Source: Symbiobacterium terraclitae
GTDB taxonomy: Bacteria > Bacillota > Sulfobacillia > Symbiobacteriales > Symbiobacteriaceae
Length of the DNA stretch: 24,000 bases
Direction: 5' to 3'
Assembly (NCBI RefSeq): GCF_017874315.1
Contig: NZ_JAGGLG010000001.1
Span: 209,030 to 233,029 of the forward strand
Below the pieces are notes generated by a model. That model saw only the letters and a program-made list of their open reading frames with translations, did not search any database and was not told where the DNA came from. A program made the position numbers and the translations under genes. Positions within the stretch are counted from its first letter, which is position 1, and each line of letters begins with the position of its first letter. Positions 22,161-24,000 of the stretch are shown here, one piece after another.

Positions 22161-22811
22161 CTACCGTCCAAGCATCCGGTACAGTCCAAGCAGGGTCAGG
22201 AGCACCCCGTGTAGCGCGGCCCACCGGCCGTTCAGGCGCAGGGGCAGGCGGTGGGCGAGGCGCGAGCCGGCCGTCAGCAGGACGAACGTGGCGCAGGCCG
22301 CGGCCAGGGGCAGGCCAACCGGCGAGAAGCCCGTCAGCGCCGCGCCCAGCCCCGCGGCCGTCGAGTCCAGGGCCAGGGCAAGGCCCAGCAGCAGGGCCTC
22401 GTGTGCGTTGATGTGCCCCGAGCGGTCCAGGTCCGCAGCCGCCGGCTCCCGCAGGATCTCCACCACGATGCCCACCGAGCCCAGGCGCAGCCGCCAGACC
22501 CGGTGCAGCGGCGCCGGGTCCCGTGCGGGCGGCACGGCCCCCGGCCGCGACCGCACCGTCTGGAAGATAATCCAGATGCCTGTCAGGGCCAGGATCGCAG
22601 CTCCCATCCGGTGGGCCAGCTGCGGCGCGAGCCGGCCGGCCACCATCCCCCCGGCGCCCATGGAGGCCGCGAGGAGCAGCCCGGTGGCCAGGCTCACGAT
22701 GGCCGCGGCCTCCCAGGGCAGCCGGAGCCCCCGCAGGCCGTACAGGAGCCCCGCCATCAGCGAGTCGAGGCTGACGGCGAGGGCGAGCAGCACAAGCGAC
22801 ACAGCGTCCAA
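22161..22811 (-). CDS. ytaF: Sporulation membrane protein YtaF (MntP/DUF204-type two-repeat membrane protein)
   Basis: SLVLLALAVSLDSLMAGLLYGLRGLRLP resembles the B. subtilis YtaF N-terminus. A second repeat reads LLLGLALALDSTAAGLGA. The TTG at 22811 lies 7 nt after GGGGGGTG. The ATG at 22844 is the alternative. Confidence 0.78.
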   Translation of the reverse strand: MDAVSLVLLALAVSLDSLMAGLLYGLRGLRLPWEAAAIVSLATGLLLAASMGAGGMVAGRLAPQLAHRMGAAILALTGIWIIFQTVRSRPGAVPPARDPAPLHRVWRLRLGSVGIVVEILREPAAADLDRSGHINAHEALLLGLALALDSTAAGLGAALTGFSPVGLPLAAACATFVLLTAGSRLAHRLPLRLNGRWAALHGVLLTLLGLYRMLGR

Positions 22812-22918
22812 TCCGAGGCACCCCCCATACGGGTACACGGGCATCCTACGCCCCGGGGCCGGCCAGGGTGACCGGTGCCGGCAGGCGTGTCCGGCGGCCC
22901 GGTGCCCCTTGCGGACGC

Positions 22919-22958
22919 AAAGCGGCCCTGGAAGCGCACTACGCGCTCCCAGGGCCGC
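22919..22958 (-). terminator. Intrinsic terminator of gpsA
   Basis: GCGGCCCTGG-A-AGCGC / 5-nt loop / GCGCT-C-CCAGGGCCGC gives 15 bp with a 1x1 mismatch, followed on the minus strand by TTTGCG. It lies 12 nt after the gpsA stop. Confidence 0.65.
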
Positions 22959-22970
22959 ACGATATCTCCG

Positions 22971-23996
22971 CTACCCGATCGGCCCCTCCACCTCGGCGAC
23001 CTCCTCCAGCTCGTGGGCCCGGGGCCTGGCCATGAGCCGGGCCATCGCCTCCAGCGGCGGGAGCCCCTCGTACAGCACGCGGTAGATCGCCTCGGTGATG
23101 GGCATGCGGACGCCCAGCTTCTGCGCCAGCTGCCAGGCCGCCCGGGTGGTGGCGATGCCCTCCACCGTAAGGCCCGTCTCGGCCACGAACTGGGCGGCGC
23201 TCTTCCCCCGCCCGATGGCGAGGCCCGCCCGCCGGTTGCGGGAGCTGTCAACGGTGCAGGTGAGCACCAGGTCGCCCAGTCCGGAGAGCCCGGCAAACGT
23301 CAGCGGGTTCGCCCCCATGGTCCGGCCGATGCGGGCCATCTCCACCAGCCCGCGGCTGATCAGCGCCGCCCGGGCGTTGTCGCCCATCTGCAGCCCATCG
23401 GCGATGCCCACCCCCAGGGCGATGACGTTCTTCAGGGCGCCGGCCAGTTCCACCCCGGTCAGGTCGGGGTTGGTGTAGACCCGGAACCGGTCTGTCATCA
23501 GCGCCGCCTGGACACGGTCGGCGAGCTCCAGGTCGGGGCAGGCGGCCACCGTCCCGGTGGGCAGGCCGGCCGCCACCTCGTGAGCGAAGTTGGGGCCCGA
23601 GAGCGCCACGACCCGGTCCCGGTGCGCGGGCAGCTCCTCACCCACCACCTGGTGCACCAGCAGATGCGTCTCCGGCTCGATGCTCTTGGTGACGGTGACG
23701 ATGACGGCGTCCGCGCGCAGGTGCGGCCCCACCAGCCGGCAGGTGGCCCGCAATCCGGCGCCGGCGGGACTCAGCACCACCAGATCGGCCCCAGCGACCG
23801 CATCCTCCAGGCGCTCACACGCCTCCACGTTCCCGGGCAGGCGCAGCCCCGGCAAGGCCGGGTGCCCCCTGTCCCACCGCTCCGTCCAGCCGGGCGTGCG
23901 CCGCCAGAGCCGGACGACGTTGCCGCCCGCCGCCGCGGGTACCGCCAGGGCGGTGCCCCACGTGCCGGCGGGCAGGATCGCGATCCGCAGACCCAC
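22971..23996 (-). CDS. gpsA: NAD(P)H-dependent glycerol-3-phosphate dehydrogenase
   Basis: The 341-aa product has an N-terminal Rossmann motif (IAILPAGTWGTALA) plus GALKNVIALGVGIADG and LTCTVDSSRNRRAG, typical of GpsA. The GTG start is at 23996. Confidence 0.95.
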   Translation of the reverse strand: MGLRIAILPAGTWGTALAVPAAAGGNVVRLWRRTPGWTERWDRGHPALPGLRLPGNVEACERLEDAVAGADLVVLSPAGAGLRATCRLVGPHLRADAVIVTVTKSIEPETHLLVHQVVGEELPAHRDRVVALSGPNFAHEVAAGLPTGTVAACPDLELADRVQAALMTDRFRVYTNPDLTGVELAGALKNVIALGVGIADGLQMGDNARAALISRGLVEMARIGRTMGANPLTFAGLSGLGDLVLTCTVDSSRNRRAGLAIGRGKSAAQFVAETGLTVEGIATTRAAWQLAQKLGVRMPITEAIYRVLYEGLPPLEAMARLMARPRAHELEEVAEVEGPIG

Positions 23997-24000
23997 GCGC

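Noticed and set aside
1-24000. Scan for CRISPR arrays, tRNA or rRNA genes, IS elements with terminal inverted repeats, integrases, and toxin-antitoxin or defence-gene signatures.
   Set aside because: I saw no regularly spaced direct repeats, no cloverleaf-like or rRNA-like segments in the intergenic DNA, and no transposase, integrase or nuclease-type ORFs. Gene order (gpsA-ytaF-spoIVA, cydAB, metX-lysC) looks like stable core genome.

Overview
This is a very GC-rich chromosomal segment in which third codon positions are almost all G/C. That bias makes the six-frame track full of long spurious antisense ORFs. The content looks like the core genome of an endospore-forming, Firmicute-type organism. 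It has spoIVA and ytaF, and a gpsA-to-spoIVA neighbourhood as in Bacillus. A Symbiobacterium- or Thermaerobacter-like source is only my guess.

I support about 25 CDS:
- a 2-TM K+ channel
- an mtaD plus aldo/keto reductase operon
- a divergent GT2-GtrA fusion plus acyltransferase operon
- a GNAT acetyltransferase
- a tightly coupled operon of an MTAP-family phosphorylase, ahcY and an uncharacterised TIM-barrel gene
- a LysM/FG-GAP-like protein
- ndk
- a VanZ protein and a small hypothetical protein
- cydAB plus an orphan protein
- a DinB-family protein
- lysC (aspartokinase)
- a SAM-I riboswitch followed by a small membrane protein and metX
- prs
- a DUF2249 protein
- spoIVA, ytaF and gpsA

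Non-coding calls are one clear SAM-I (S-box) riboswitch, several GC-rich stem-loop terminators and a few sigma-A-like promoters. I found no tRNA or rRNA, CRISPR array, IS or transposase, integrase, or recognisable defence or toxin genes.

I see no convincing evidence of a new multi-gene system. This is mostly ordinary housekeeping DNA, enriched for Met/SAM metabolism. The best leads are:
- the unknown TIM-barrel enzyme welded to the SAM by-product salvage operon
- an Asp-to-Asn change in the base-specificity position of the MTAP-like enzyme, next to an mtaD deaminase
- an unknown 4-TM protein under S-box control
- a structured lysC leader that does not look like an L-box
- an unusually long, palindrome-rich intergenic region upstream of DUF2249

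All functional calls are by-eye motif recognition. No searches were run.
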